Assembly: GCA_022213955.1 (NCBI GenBank)
Contig: JAKNTW010000009.1
Coordinates: forward strand, 213,580 to 277,579
From: Streptosporangium soli
Lineage (GTDB): Bacteria; Actinomycetota; Actinomycetes; Streptosporangiales; Streptosporangiaceae
Reading direction: 5' to 3'
DNA: 64,000 nucleotides
Both the position numbers and the translations under genes were made by a program. Below are positions 35,390 through 45,600 of this stretch, in pieces. Within the stretch, counting starts at the first letter, position 1. Each line of letters starts with the position of its first letter. The notes below the pieces were generated by a model. That model saw nothing but the letters and a program-made list of their open reading frames with translations, was not told the origin of the DNA and made no database searches.

Positions 35390-37423
35390 ATGGCGCCGTT
35401 GCGAAGCTATGTCTCTGGCTCCTGGCACACTCCCGCGGACGGCGGCGAATCGCTGCTCGACGCGGTCACCGGCGAGGAGGTCGCGCGGATCTCCACCGGC
35501 GGCGTCGACTTCGCCGCCGCGCTCGACCACGGCCGCAGGACCGGCGGGCCCGCACTGCGCGAGCTCACCTTCCACCAGCGGGCCGCCCTGCTGAAGGCGC
35601 TGGCCTCGCACCTTCGCGAGCACCGCGAGGAGCTCTACCAACTCTCGCTGCGCACCGGGGCGACCCTCGGCGACGCCCGGTTCGACGTCGACGGCGGCCT
35701 CGGCGTGCTGTTCTCCTACGCGAGCAAAGGCCGCCGCGAACTGCCGAACGACACCGTCCTCCTCGACGGCGAGGTGGAGCGGCTCGGCAAGGGCGGTTCC
35801 TTCGTCGCCCAGCACCTGTGCACGCCGCTGCGGGGCGTCGCCGTGCAGATCAACGCCTTCAACTTCCCCGTCTGGGGGCCGCTGGAGAAGTTCGCGCCCG
35901 CGTTCCTCGCCGGGGTGCCCTCGCTGGTCAAACCGGCCCGCCAGACCGCCTATCTCACCGCCCGGCTGGTGGAGCTGATCGTGGACAGCGGGCTGCTCCC
36001 CGAAGGGGCCCTGCAACTCGTGTGCACCGGTCCGGGAGACCTCCTCGACCATCTGACCGAGCAGGACCTCGTCTCCTTCACCGGTTCCGCGGCGACCGCG
36101 GCCAGGCTGCGCGCCCACCCCGCCGTGGTGGCCCGCTCGGTCCGGTTCAACGCCGAGGCCGACTCGCTGAACTGCTCGATCCTCGGCCCGGACGCCCTGG
36201 CCGGCAGCCCCGAGTTCGAGCTCTACGTCAAGCAGCTCGTGACGGAGATGACCGTCAAGGCGGGCCAGAAGTGCACCGCGATCAGGCGCGCGCTGGTCCC
36301 CGCCGCCCTGCTCGACGACGTGGCCCTGGCCGTGGCCGACCGGCTCGCCAAGGTGACGATCGGCGACCCCGCCGACCCCGACGTCCGGATGGGCGCGCTC
36401 GCCAGCCTCGCCCAGCGCGAGGAGGTCCGCCGCTCCGTCGCCGCGCTGCGCCGCGCCGGCGGCGTCGTGTACGGCGACCCCGACCGGGTCGAGGTGACCG
36501 GAGCCGACCCCGTGCGCGGCGCGTTCATCTCTCCCGTGCTGCTCCGCGTCGATGACCCGGGCCGCGTCGAACCGCACGAGGTGGAGGCGTTCGGGCCGGT
36601 CAGCACACTGATCCCGTACGACACGGCGGAGCAGGCGATCGCGCTGGCGGCGCGCGGGCAGGGCAGTCTGGTGGGCTCGGTGGTGACCGGCGACCCGAAG
36701 TTCGCCCGCGAGGTGGTGCTGGGCGTCGCGCCGTGGCACGGGCGGCTGCTGGTGCTCGACGCCGAGGCGGCGGCCGAGTCGACCGGGCACGGTTCGCCGC
36801 TCCCCGCGCTGGTGCACGGTGGCCCCGGCCGGGCCGGCGGCGGCGAGGAACTCGGCGGGATCCGCGGGGTCCTGCACCACATGCGGCGCACCGCCGTACA
36901 GGGGAGTCCGGCGATGCTCGCGTCGGTGACCGGGCGGTGGGTGCCGGGTGCGCCCCGCGCGGTCACCGTGACGCACCCGTTCCGCATGCACCTGGAGGAA
37001 CTGCGGCCGGGCGACACGGTCATCGCCGGTCCCCGGCCGGTCACCCTGGCCGACATCGACCACTTCGCCGACTTCACCGGCGACACCTTCTACGCCCACA
37101 TGGACGAGGAGGCGGCCAGGGCCAACCCGTTCTTCGACGGGCGGGTGGCGCACGGCTACCTGGTGGTGTCACTGGCGGCGGGCATGTTCGTGGACCCCGA
37201 CCCCGGCCCCGTGCTGGCCAACTACGGCCTGGAGAACCTCCGCTTCCTCACCCCCGTCTACCCGGGCGACGAACTGACCGTCACGCTCACCGCCAAGCAC
37301 ATCGACCCGCGCGAGGGCGCGCCGTACGGAGAGGTCCGCTGGGACACCGACGTCACCAAGCAGGACGGCTCCTCGGTCGCGAAGTACGACGTCCTCACCC
37401 TCGTCGCGAAACTGACCCCCTGA
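35390..37423 (+). CDS. paaZ: bifunctional aldehyde dehydrogenase / MaoC-like enoyl-CoA hydratase (PaaZ-type)
   Basis: N-terminal ALDH domain (GQKCTAIRRALVP, catalytic Cys) fused to a C-terminal hot-dog hydratase domain. 677 aa. Confidence 0.85.
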   Translation: MAPLRSYVSGSWHTPADGGESLLDAVTGEEVARISTGGVDFAAALDHGRRTGGPALRELTFHQRAALLKALASHLREHREELYQLSLRTGATLGDARFDVDGGLGVLFSYASKGRRELPNDTVLLDGEVERLGKGGSFVAQHLCTPLRGVAVQINAFNFPVWGPLEKFAPAFLAGVPSLVKPARQTAYLTARLVELIVDSGLLPEGALQLVCTGPGDLLDHLTEQDLVSFTGSAATAARLRAHPAVVARSVRFNAEADSLNCSILGPDALAGSPEFELYVKQLVTEMTVKAGQKCTAIRRALVPAALLDDVALAVADRLAKVTIGDPADPDVRMGALASLAQREEVRRSVAALRRAGGVVYGDPDRVEVTGADPVRGAFISPVLLRVDDPGRVEPHEVEAFGPVSTLIPYDTAEQAIALAARGQGSLVGSVVTGDPKFAREVVLGVAPWHGRLLVLDAEAAAESTGHGSPLPALVHGGPGRAGGGEELGGIRGVLHHMRRTAVQGSPAMLASVTGRWVPGAPRAVTVTHPFRMHLEELRPGDTVIAGPRPVTLADIDHFADFTGDTFYAHMDEEAARANPFFDGRVAHGYLVVSLAAGMFVDPDPGPVLANYGLENLRFLTPVYPGDELTVTLTAKHIDPREGAPYGEVRWDTDVTKQDGSSVAKYDVLTLVAKLTP

Positions 37424-37765
37424 CCACGCCCGCGCTCGGGCGGCTTGCCATACCCGCCGCTTGTTGCGTGCCGTACCTGCCCGTACGGCAAGCCACCCCG
37501 GCGCCCCGCGCCGCCCGTGGTGCGGTCCGTCGGGTCACGCCGCTCCAGCAGCGGTGGCGAGCCGCCGTCACGGCGTGCCTTGACGTGGGTTCTTCGGTAC
37601 GTCCGAAGGGCTTGAACCTGCCGCCACGAGGGGTCGGGTGTCCGGGGCCGGGGTGTGGTGTGGGCCCCGGCCGGGCCGGTGGTGTCGGCCCGGCCGGGGT
37701 GTTCGGTGGCGGCCGGTGATGGTGTCGGGGAACGTCAGGGGGCGGTCACGGGGCTCAGGGGGCGG

Positions 37766-40492
37766 TTACGGGGCTCGGAGGTAGGCCACGCCGAAGGCGG
37801 AGTCGGCGGGGGTGCCCTCCGGGGAGTGGCAGTAGACGTCCACGGTCAGCTGCGGTGGGGCGCTGTAGGAGTTGAAAACGCCCAGGTGGCAGTACTGGCC
37901 GGGGGTGTTGGTGGTGACCTGGGCGCTGTCGATCGGCTTGCCGATGCCGGTGTGGACGACCCGGTACCACCCCTTCGCCAGCCGGGTGACTGTCGGGGAT
38001 CCGCCGTCGCTGCTGTAGGAGCGGCGTTGGTCGATCACCGGGCCGGCCGGGTCGCCGGTGGTCGTGACGTAGGCGGCGGGCGCCGACGGGTCGCGGTGAA
38101 GTCCCCGGCCCTGCACGTAGGAGAGCACCCAGGGGGAGTCGACGCGCCGCGCCGTGGATTCCCCGCTCACGGCGTAACAGCCGACGGCCACCTCCAGGGT
38201 GTCACCGGCGACGGTCGTGCCCTCCGGGTGACAGCGGGCCGGCCCGCCCGAGCCGTACGGCGTGACCTGCGGGTAGCCGCTGTCCTCGGTGAACGCGGCG
38301 CCTTTGAGGACGACCTTGTAACGGCCCGGACCCTCGTGGCGGACGTGGTTGACCTGGCCGGCGGAGTTGTAGGTGCCGTCGTTGCGCACGGGGGTGAGGC
38401 TGCCGGTTCCGCCGGGCGGGTTGTAGCGGACCGTGGCGTACGGCGTGTCGCCCGGGGCGGCCGGCGCGGCGAAGAACACGGTGAACCACCAGTCGATCGG
38501 TGCCCCGGTGTGGTCGAAGCACCGCACGCGGATCACCTCGTCCGGTACGGCGGGCTCCTGACCGGCCACCGCGCACGTCCGCCCCCGATAGGTCGTGCGA
38601 TACGCCGTCACGTGCGCCACTCCGGTCGCGGAGGCGATGTCGGGCAGCCGGACGGTGTACTCGCCGGTGCCCGTATGGGTCACCGTCGCCCGGTGTGCGG
38701 CGTTGGCGGGGTCACGCCGTCCGGTGGTCCACTGGAAGGTGGCGTCCAGCGCGGTCTCGGCGCCCAGCGGGGCGGTCGCCTTGTCCATGTAGGCGAAACC
38801 CCAGCGGGGAGTGGCCGACGCGGTGGGCGCGGCCGCCGCCACCATGGCGTCGATCAGCTCCGCGACGACGCGCTTGCCCTGCTCCTCGGTGAGTCCCGGC
38901 TCCGGGGCGCTCGGCGGCGGGCTGCCGGCGTCGGGGGAGACGCCGACCCGGAAGGTGATGTTCTCCCAGTCGTCCGAGCCGGTCAACGGCGTGCTGTCAG
39001 GCTCGGTGCCGCCCAGCAGGTTGACGGAGACCTCGCGGGTGGGATCGGGATCCGGGACGCCGGCGGAACTCCAGTTCCAGTCGAGGCCGCGCCTGGCGTC
39101 GCCGACGCGCAGGACGCGAGCCGGGTCCCGCCACGCCGCCGTCAGGCCGGTACTCGCCCCGATGCCCGCACTCTCCACGAGCCGCGTCATCTGGAGATCG
39201 TCCAGTTTCTCGCGCGAGTAGTCGATGGCGCTCACCGCCTCCGCCGTCTCCACCCAGGAGTCCTCGGCGGTGTCGCCGGGCATGTCGCGCAGGGCGGCCA
39301 GCCAGGCGCTGTAGTCGGGCAGGCCGGTGAGCTGGTACTGGTAGCTCAGGACGGACAAGTAGTTCGGCTTGTAGTTGGTGTTGTCGCCGCCGCCGTGCAG
39401 GAGACCGAGCGCGTGTCCCAGTTCGTGGACGAAGGTGCCGCTCTGCGTTCGGTCGGTGATCTCGTCCCAGGCTCCCAGGGACACGATGAAGTCGATCGCG
39501 TAGCCGTCCACGGGGGCGTAGCCGCTGCTGGTGGACTCGTCGTGCTTGTATCCCCAGAGGTTGTAGAAGAACAGGTTCTGCCGGTGCGGCGGGAAGTGGG
39601 CCGCCCGGTGCCGGTCGAAGCCGGTCCGCCCGTCCTCCCCCTGCTCGCGCAGTGGCCGCCGGCGCTCGGCGGGGGTGACCGGGATGGCGTCCGAGAGGTC
39701 GACCAGCAGTTGGATGCCGGGCTCGGGCCTGGGGCCGTACGGGCACTGTGCCGCCGCGTTGACCGGCGCGTTGTCGAACATGTGGCGCGCCTCGTCCATC
39801 GCGGTCGCCGACGGCCGGTCGGACGCGGTCCCGTCGTCGAGCCAGTCGATCTCGACGGCCGTCGTCTTCCGGCACGGGTCCGCGGCCCGGTCGGGGAGCC
39901 AGGTGTCGAGCGTGCCGTCCGCCCGCCGGATGCCGAAGAGTTCCACCCGGTCGGTCAGGCCGTCCCCGTCGGTGTCGGGATCCGGCCGGCCCTCGTTGGT
40001 GTTCCACGACTGGTCGGTGTTCTTGTAGAAGCGGTGCAGCGGTTCGGCGGGGTCCGGGGAGGCTCGGTCGTAGTACACGGCTCCGGTGTCACGGTCGGTG
40101 ACGCGCAGCGCCTGCAGGTTCCAGTTGTCCGCCGAGATATCGGGCTTGGTCGTCTCGTGGGTGAATGTGAAGCCGTCGAGCAGGTGCCTCGCCGGCACGC
40201 ACGGCGTCAGGTGGGTGTCCCAGGTGAAGGTGGCGTTCCGGGTGTCGCCCGTGCCTCCCCGGTGGAAGGGCTGGGGCGTGGCGTCGGGTGTGCCGTCGCC
40301 GTCCCCGTCCTCGAAGAGGAGGGTTCCGCCGCCGAAGGTGATCCTCTCGGTGGACGTGTCGTGCAGGCCGTCGTCGCCGGTGGTGACGGTGAACGTCACC
40401 CGGCACACCTCGCCGGCGGCGGCCCGCGCGGGACCGGCCGGAACGGCCGACACCCCCGCCACCGTGAGTGCCGCCAGGAGGACGAGGGCCAT
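37766..40492 (-). CDS. secreted zinc metalloprotease (HExxH), multidomain, ~900 aa
   Basis: Signal peptide. VHELGHALGLLHGG zinc site. Long C-terminal beta-rich region with repeated Cys-containing modules. An alternative upstream start exists at 40582. Confidence 0.8.
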   Translation of the reverse strand: MALVLLAALTVAGVSAVPAGPARAAAGEVCRVTFTVTTGDDGLHDTSTERITFGGGTLLFEDGDGDGTPDATPQPFHRGGTGDTRNATFTWDTHLTPCVPARHLLDGFTFTHETTKPDISADNWNLQALRVTDRDTGAVYYDRASPDPAEPLHRFYKNTDQSWNTNEGRPDPDTDGDGLTDRVELFGIRRADGTLDTWLPDRAADPCRKTTAVEIDWLDDGTASDRPSATAMDEARHMFDNAPVNAAAQCPYGPRPEPGIQLLVDLSDAIPVTPAERRRPLREQGEDGRTGFDRHRAAHFPPHRQNLFFYNLWGYKHDESTSSGYAPVDGYAIDFIVSLGAWDEITDRTQSGTFVHELGHALGLLHGGGDNTNYKPNYLSVLSYQYQLTGLPDYSAWLAALRDMPGDTAEDSWVETAEAVSAIDYSREKLDDLQMTRLVESAGIGASTGLTAAWRDPARVLRVGDARRGLDWNWSSAGVPDPDPTREVSVNLLGGTEPDSTPLTGSDDWENITFRVGVSPDAGSPPPSAPEPGLTEEQGKRVVAELIDAMVAAAAPTASATPRWGFAYMDKATAPLGAETALDATFQWTTGRRDPANAAHRATVTHTGTGEYTVRLPDIASATGVAHVTAYRTTYRGRTCAVAGQEPAVPDEVIRVRCFDHTGAPIDWWFTVFFAAPAAPGDTPYATVRYNPPGGTGSLTPVRNDGTYNSAGQVNHVRHEGPGRYKVVLKGAAFTEDSGYPQVTPYGSGGPARCHPEGTTVAGDTLEVAVGCYAVSGESTARRVDSPWVLSYVQGRGLHRDPSAPAAYVTTTGDPAGPVIDQRRSYSSDGGSPTVTRLAKGWYRVVHTGIGKPIDSAQVTTNTPGQYCHLGVFNSYSAPPQLTVDVYCHSPEGTPADSAFGVAYLRAP

Positions 40493-40884
40493 CAGCGCGG
40501 GCAGCCGCCGGCCGCGGGTACGGCTCCGCGGTCCGGGGCCGCGCGTGGGCCCGCTGTGATCTTCGTCGGTCGCTGATCGCAATTCGGCTCCCTCTTTCGA
40601 ATGAGTCGCAGGTCTGGCCGATGTCAGGTCGACGGTGGGGCAGCGCTGCGATGCCGGACAACGAATCGCGAATCATCCGTACAAGTCCGGACACGACATC
40701 CGGGCCTTTCCGGCCTTCCGGGCGCTCCTGGCCTGTAACTATTCGTGGTCTGTCGACGACGTACAGGTGTGCCGGCCTGTCGTCGCCCCCGCCTCGCCCT
40801 GAGCCGGTGCCCCACGACACCCGGGCGGGGCGCGTCCCCGCGTGACCTCCACCCGCCGGCCCGGACGCCCTGACAGGAACTCAT

Positions 40885-41712
40885 GTGACCTCTGCCGGAA
40901 CGACCCAATCCCCCTCGGCCGCACGCCAGACCGCCGCGCTAACGGCGCTGGGCGTGGTCGCGGACGTGGCGGCGCTCGCCCAGCTCCTGGTCAGCGGCCC
41001 GCAGATGGGCATCCTCGTCGCGGGGGTGCTGGCGGCGCTGTCGGGCATCGGCGGGCTGATCCGGCGGTTCGGCGAGCCGATCGGCCCCGGCGCCCTCGTC
41101 ATGGCGGCCCTCATCGCCATCGGGGCGGGCACGGCGGGAGTGTCCGCCGAGCGGCTCCTGAGCGATCAGGCCGCGCTCGGTCCGGCCTCGCAGAGCCGTA
41201 CCCTCGCCCCCGGGCCCTCGGGACCGGTCGCCTCCGAGCCCGTTGCCGGTGACACCGGGAGTACGGGCCCGTCGAGTGCCGCGCTCCCCAGCCCGTCGCC
41301 GTCCGCCTCGGTCGCTCCCGACGACGGGGCGAAGGGGACGCCTGCGCCCGCCCGCGGAGCGGTCGTCAACCAGGGCAGGGCCGTGCTCGTGGACCTCGAC
41401 TACCTGGATCTGGAAGGCGGCGTGATCAGCGAGGTGAACGACGCCGCCGACATCACCTACAACGCTCCTTACAAGGAGATATGGACCAAGGGCGGTGGGG
41501 CGCTGTGGATCACCCCGTTCTCCGGCGAGCCCAGCATGGCCCAATGCGAGGATCGGCTGCGCTCGCGGCACTACGGGAGCGTGTCCGTCGAACAGGGCGG
41601 CTGGTTCTGCGTGGAGACGGCCCAGAAGAACATCGGCGCGGGGCAGTTCGTCAAGGCCGCCGAGCGGGACGGAGAAGAGCTGACCCTCGCGTACATCGTC
41701 TGGCGACGATGA
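40885..41712 (+). CDS. hypothetical membrane-anchored protein (TM segment + Ala/Pro/Ser-rich linker + C-terminal domain)
   Basis: GTG start per the ORF track. High GC3. No recognisable domain. Confidence 0.5.
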   Translation: MTSAGTTQSPSAARQTAALTALGVVADVAALAQLLVSGPQMGILVAGVLAALSGIGGLIRRFGEPIGPGALVMAALIAIGAGTAGVSAERLLSDQAALGPASQSRTLAPGPSGPVASEPVAGDTGSTGPSSAALPSPSPSASVAPDDGAKGTPAPARGAVVNQGRAVLVDLDYLDLEGGVISEVNDAADITYNAPYKEIWTKGGGALWITPFSGEPSMAQCEDRLRSRHYGSVSVEQGGWFCVETAQKNIGAGQFVKAAERDGEELTLAYIVWRR

Positions 41713-41929
41713 CCCTCCCGCCCGGCGAGGGGCGGGCGGGAAGGCGAGCCGCCGGCGCGAACCTCATCCAGCGCCGCGCGCCAACGCCCGACCTCGGCGT
41801 CACGGAGGGCAGATCGTCCCGCCGGGCGGGACATGATCCTCGCCCGGCCAGTGCGGTGTCCACTTCGCCGGGGTCCAAGCGGCTCCGACCTCGGCTCCTG
41901 GAGCCGGTGAAACGTTGCTGGACACCGCG

Positions 41930-42583
41930 CTAGCGGCGTGCGCGCGCGGGTTTGGCCGGCTCGGCCTTCTTGGGGACCCAGCGTTCGCCGAGTTCCGCAG
42001 ATGTCGGTGGCGGGCCCGGTAACGAGTCCGTCGGGGTGACGCGCAGGGAGTCGAGGATCAGGGCGAGGTAGCGGTGGCGGAGCTGGACGATTCGCTCGGG
42101 GTCCTCGACCCGGATGGCGGTGAGCTGCTCGAAGAGCATGGACAGGTCGGCCACCTCCAGGTCGGGGCGGATGACGCCGGCGGCCATGGTGCGTTCGAAG
42201 AGCCGCACGGTCAGCTCCGCGGCCCTCTCGGACTCGCGGGTCAGCTCCTCGGTCGGGGTGAAGGTGCCCGCCAGCCGCTGGGTCAGCGAGTGGGTGTCGG
42301 CGTCGGTCACCCCTCGCATGAAGCCGGCGAAGGCGGACCACGGCTCACCCTCGTCGGCCAGCGCGGTCTCCAGTTCGGCGATGTAGTCGTGCAGGCCGTC
42401 CAGGCAGAGCTTCCTGAGCAGTTCCTCCTTGCTGGCGTAGCGCCGGTAGAGCGCGCTGATGCCGACTCCGGCGTGCTCGGCGACCGCCGCGATGGGAGCA
42501 CCGGGATCGGCGACGAACACCGCCCGGGCGGATGCGAGGATCACCTCGTCGTTGCGGGCCGCCTGAGCCTGCCGCCCGCTCAT
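41930..42583 (-). CDS. TetR/AcrR family transcriptional regulator
   Basis: HTH VILASARAVFVADPGAPIAAVAEHAGVGISALYRRYASKEELL. Trimmed to the Met at 42583. Confidence 0.75.
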   Translation of the reverse strand: MSGRQAQAARNDEVILASARAVFVADPGAPIAAVAEHAGVGISALYRRYASKEELLRKLCLDGLHDYIAELETALADEGEPWSAFAGFMRGVTDADTHSLTQRLAGTFTPTEELTRESERAAELTVRLFERTMAAGVIRPDLEVADLSMLFEQLTAIRVEDPERIVQLRHRYLALILDSLRVTPTDSLPGPPPTSAELGERWVPKKAEPAKPARARR

Positions 42584-42676
42584 TGATGCTGTCACGTGAT
42601 CCACGCTACATCAGAACAAATCATTCCGTTCTGCTGTACCCCTACTTTCTCGATCCCGCGAGTGCCGGCGGGCGAC

Positions 42677-45490
42677 TCAACTGGACAGGGCGGGCAGGGG
42701 CTGTTCGGTCCAGATGCATTTGCCGTCGGCAGTGAAGCGGGTGCCCCAGCGCTGTGAGAGGGCGGCGACGAGCTGGAGGCCGCGGCCGCCTTCGTCGGTT
42801 TCCGCGGCGCGGCGGATCCTGGGCGTGGTCTGGCTGCCGTCGGAGACCTCGCACACGAGGGTGCGGCTGCGCAGCAACCGGAGCCGGAGCGGGCCCTTGG
42901 CGTGGCGGACGACGTTGCCGACCAGCTCACTGGCCACCAGTTCGGTGGTCATCACCAGGTCTTCCAGGTGCCAGTGGGCGAGTTGCTCGCGTACATGCCC
43001 GCGGGCCTCACCGGCGGCGATGGGGTCGTCGGGCAGCGACCAGGAAGCGATGTTCTCGGCGGCCAGCCGGTGCGCACGGGTGATGAGCAGCGCGGCGTCG
43101 TCGGCTATCGGTTGGTGCGCGCCGGGCAGCATGGCGCCGGTCACGGCGTCACACAGGTGATCCAGCTCACTCCTGTGATGATCGGAGAGGAGCCGAGTCA
43201 GCTCGGCCATGCCGTCGTCCAAGTCACGGGTGGGCGACTCGACCAGGCCGTCGGTGTAGAGCACGAAGAGGGCTCGGTCCGGCAGGTGGAGCTCGGCCGT
43301 GGTGAAAGGCGGCTCGGCGGCGCCCAGCGGCGGGTCGGGAGTCGTTCGCGGGACTCGTACCGTGCCGTCGGGGTGGACGATGGCGGGTGGGGGGTGTCCG
43401 GCGCTGACGAAGGCGCACTCGCCGGTGGTGGGGTCGTACACGGCGTACAGGCAGGTGACGTAGGTGTCCTCGCCGAGGCCGTTGACCAGGTCGTTGAGGT
43501 GAGCGAGGAGTTCGTCGGGCGGCAGTTCGAGGTCCGCGAGGGCGCGCACGGCCGTGCGCAGGCGGCCCATGGTGGCGGCCTGGGACAGGCCGTGGCCCAT
43601 GACGTCGCCGATGACCAGGGCAACCCGCTCCGCGGAGAGCGGGATGATGTCGTACCAGTCTCCGCCAAGTTCGGTGCCGCGGGCCGGCAGGTAGCGGGCG
43701 GCTGCGGTGATGCTGGGCAGGGACGGCAGGTCGCGGGGCAGGAGCAGGCGTTGCAGCTCCTGGGCGCGCATGTGTTCCGCGTCGTACATGCGGGCCCGCG
43801 CCAGGGCCTGCGCGATCAGGCCGCTGAACGCCGTGAGCAGCGTGCGCTCTTCGCCGGTGAACCGGCGCGGAAGGTCGAAGGAGATCACGCAACAGCCCCT
43901 GGGGTGTCCGGGGACCACCAGCGGGAGCAGTACCCAGGCGTTCATGCCCGAGTCGGCCATGAGGGTGTCGGTGTCCGGGCATCGCGCATGGTCTTCGATG
44001 AAGGCGGGCAGGCCAGTCTGGAGCACGTCGGTGAGGATGGAATGGTCGGTGGCCCTGCATTGCTCGATGCGGCCGAGAACGTCGGGCGGGTAGCCTACGG
44101 CTCCCACGACGTGCAGGCGGTCGTGCTCAACAGTGACGATCACCAGGCCGGCGGCGGCGAAGAGCGGCAGAACCCGCTTGGTGATGACCCGCACCATGTC
44201 TTCGGCGGTCACCGCCTCGCTGAGGGTGGAGGTCAGCTCTTGAATCCAGGCGGCCCGTTCCGCGGCGGCGTGCTCAGCGGCGATGCGCTCCGCGTCGCGG
44301 ATTCGCTTCTCGGTGAAGTCCGCGAGGTAGAGGGTCAGGCCGTCCGGCACCGGCACCAGGCGCACGTGGTACCACCGCTGGTCGGTCGGCCACCGCACGT
44401 CGAAGCTGGCGGGCGCCCGCTCGGCGGCGGCTCGAAAGCACCGTGACCGCAGGTCGGGCACATCGCCCGCGGGCAGGTCCCACAGCACCCGGCCGTGCAG
44501 GTCGCTGGATCCCAGGAGGCGTTCGGCGCCGAGATTGACGAAGATGATCTGCCAGTCGCGGTCCACCGCGAGAAAGGCGTCGCTCATGTACTGCAGCGCC
44601 CGGCCGGCCGACTCCCTTGCAAGACGGCTCTCGGTGGTGTCCCAGACCGTGCCGACCATGCGTACCGGCTCACCGTCCGCGTCCAGGATGAGGCAGCCCC
44701 GCGCGTGCATCCAGCCCGTGGTGCCGTCGGGGCGGCGGGCGCGGTACTCGACCTCATAGAGGCTCTTGGCGCGAATGGCCTCCTCGGTCGCGGCCATCAC
44801 CCTGGGCAGGTCCTGCGGGTGGACGATGTTCACCCAAGTGTCGATGGTGTAGGGGGCGGTGCCGGGGTCGATACCCATCATGGTCAGAGCGGGTTCGTCC
44901 CATTGCAGGTCGCCGGTCCGGATGTTCCAGTCCCAGGATCCGACTTTGACCGCTTTCAACGCCTGCTGGAGATGGGAGTCGGCCTGCCAGAGGCGGGGCG
45001 TGCCGCCCGGCTCCGGGGTGGTGGTCTCGAGTCGTTCGGAAAGCCAGAAGGCCAATGACCGGAGGAAGGCCTGCCGGTCGCCCGATAGTTCGGCGGGCCC
45101 GTCGGTCAGGACGGACATGACGCCAAGGGACGCGTCGGAGCCGTCGAGCGGGACGGCCGTCAGCATCACCGTGCGGGACGGGCCGGCGGCGAGCGGGACG
45201 GGGCGGCAGGTAAGTGCCCTGGCGTCCAGCGCGTGGGAGATCACCTCGCGGACGTCGCCGCCGGTATGCAGCTCCGCCGGGGGCAGTCCGGAGGCGACCA
45301 CCAGGCGCAGCTCACAGCTGCCGGTGGGACCGCGCCAATGCACCATCCCGCTCAGCGCGTGCACATCGGCGAGCGCCTGGTCCAGCGCGTACTGCAGGAC
45401 CTCAATGTCGCTGAGCCCGGCGCACGCGACCGCGAGTATGCGAAGCCGTTCCTCTTCCGAGGCGGCAGCGGAGGTTTCTTTCGTCCCCAT
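42677..45490 (-). CDS. multi-sensor PAS/GAF SpoIIE-type PP2C phosphatase with C-terminal HATPase_c (RsbW-like) domain
   Basis: PP2C segment GGDWYDIIPLSAERVALVIGDVMGHGLSQAATMGRL. Two GAF-like domains and a PAS domain upstream. C-terminal anti-sigma-kinase-like ATPase ELVGNVVRHAKGPL. Confidence 0.85.
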   Translation of the reverse strand: MGTKETSAAASEEERLRILAVACAGLSDIEVLQYALDQALADVHALSGMVHWRGPTGSCELRLVVASGLPPAELHTGGDVREVISHALDARALTCRPVPLAAGPSRTVMLTAVPLDGSDASLGVMSVLTDGPAELSGDRQAFLRSLAFWLSERLETTTPEPGGTPRLWQADSHLQQALKAVKVGSWDWNIRTGDLQWDEPALTMMGIDPGTAPYTIDTWVNIVHPQDLPRVMAATEEAIRAKSLYEVEYRARRPDGTTGWMHARGCLILDADGEPVRMVGTVWDTTESRLARESAGRALQYMSDAFLAVDRDWQIIFVNLGAERLLGSSDLHGRVLWDLPAGDVPDLRSRCFRAAAERAPASFDVRWPTDQRWYHVRLVPVPDGLTLYLADFTEKRIRDAERIAAEHAAAERAAWIQELTSTLSEAVTAEDMVRVITKRVLPLFAAAGLVIVTVEHDRLHVVGAVGYPPDVLGRIEQCRATDHSILTDVLQTGLPAFIEDHARCPDTDTLMADSGMNAWVLLPLVVPGHPRGCCVISFDLPRRFTGEERTLLTAFSGLIAQALARARMYDAEHMRAQELQRLLLPRDLPSLPSITAAARYLPARGTELGGDWYDIIPLSAERVALVIGDVMGHGLSQAATMGRLRTAVRALADLELPPDELLAHLNDLVNGLGEDTYVTCLYAVYDPTTGECAFVSAGHPPPAIVHPDGTVRVPRTTPDPPLGAAEPPFTTAELHLPDRALFVLYTDGLVESPTRDLDDGMAELTRLLSDHHRSELDHLCDAVTGAMLPGAHQPIADDAALLITRAHRLAAENIASWSLPDDPIAAGEARGHVREQLAHWHLEDLVMTTELVASELVGNVVRHAKGPLRLRLLRSRTLVCEVSDGSQTTPRIRRAAETDEGGRGLQLVAALSQRWGTRFTADGKCIWTEQPLPALSS

Positions 45491-45600
45491 CACATCGCCC
45501 CCTCCTCACGTTACCCCGGTGCCTGACCGGCTCCTACGGGCGATCGGCGGACCAGGCACAGCGCCGTCGGCGGCAAGGTCGAGGCCGACGGCGCCGCAGA

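Noticed and set aside
37733-37776. 22-bp direct duplication cagggggcggtcacggggct x2 at the 3' end of the metalloprotease gene, plus GC-rich hairpins at 37440-37700
   Set aside because: Too short and isolated to call a feature. Likely a minor slippage event or terminator structure between convergent genes, and not a junction duplication with coupled ORFs.
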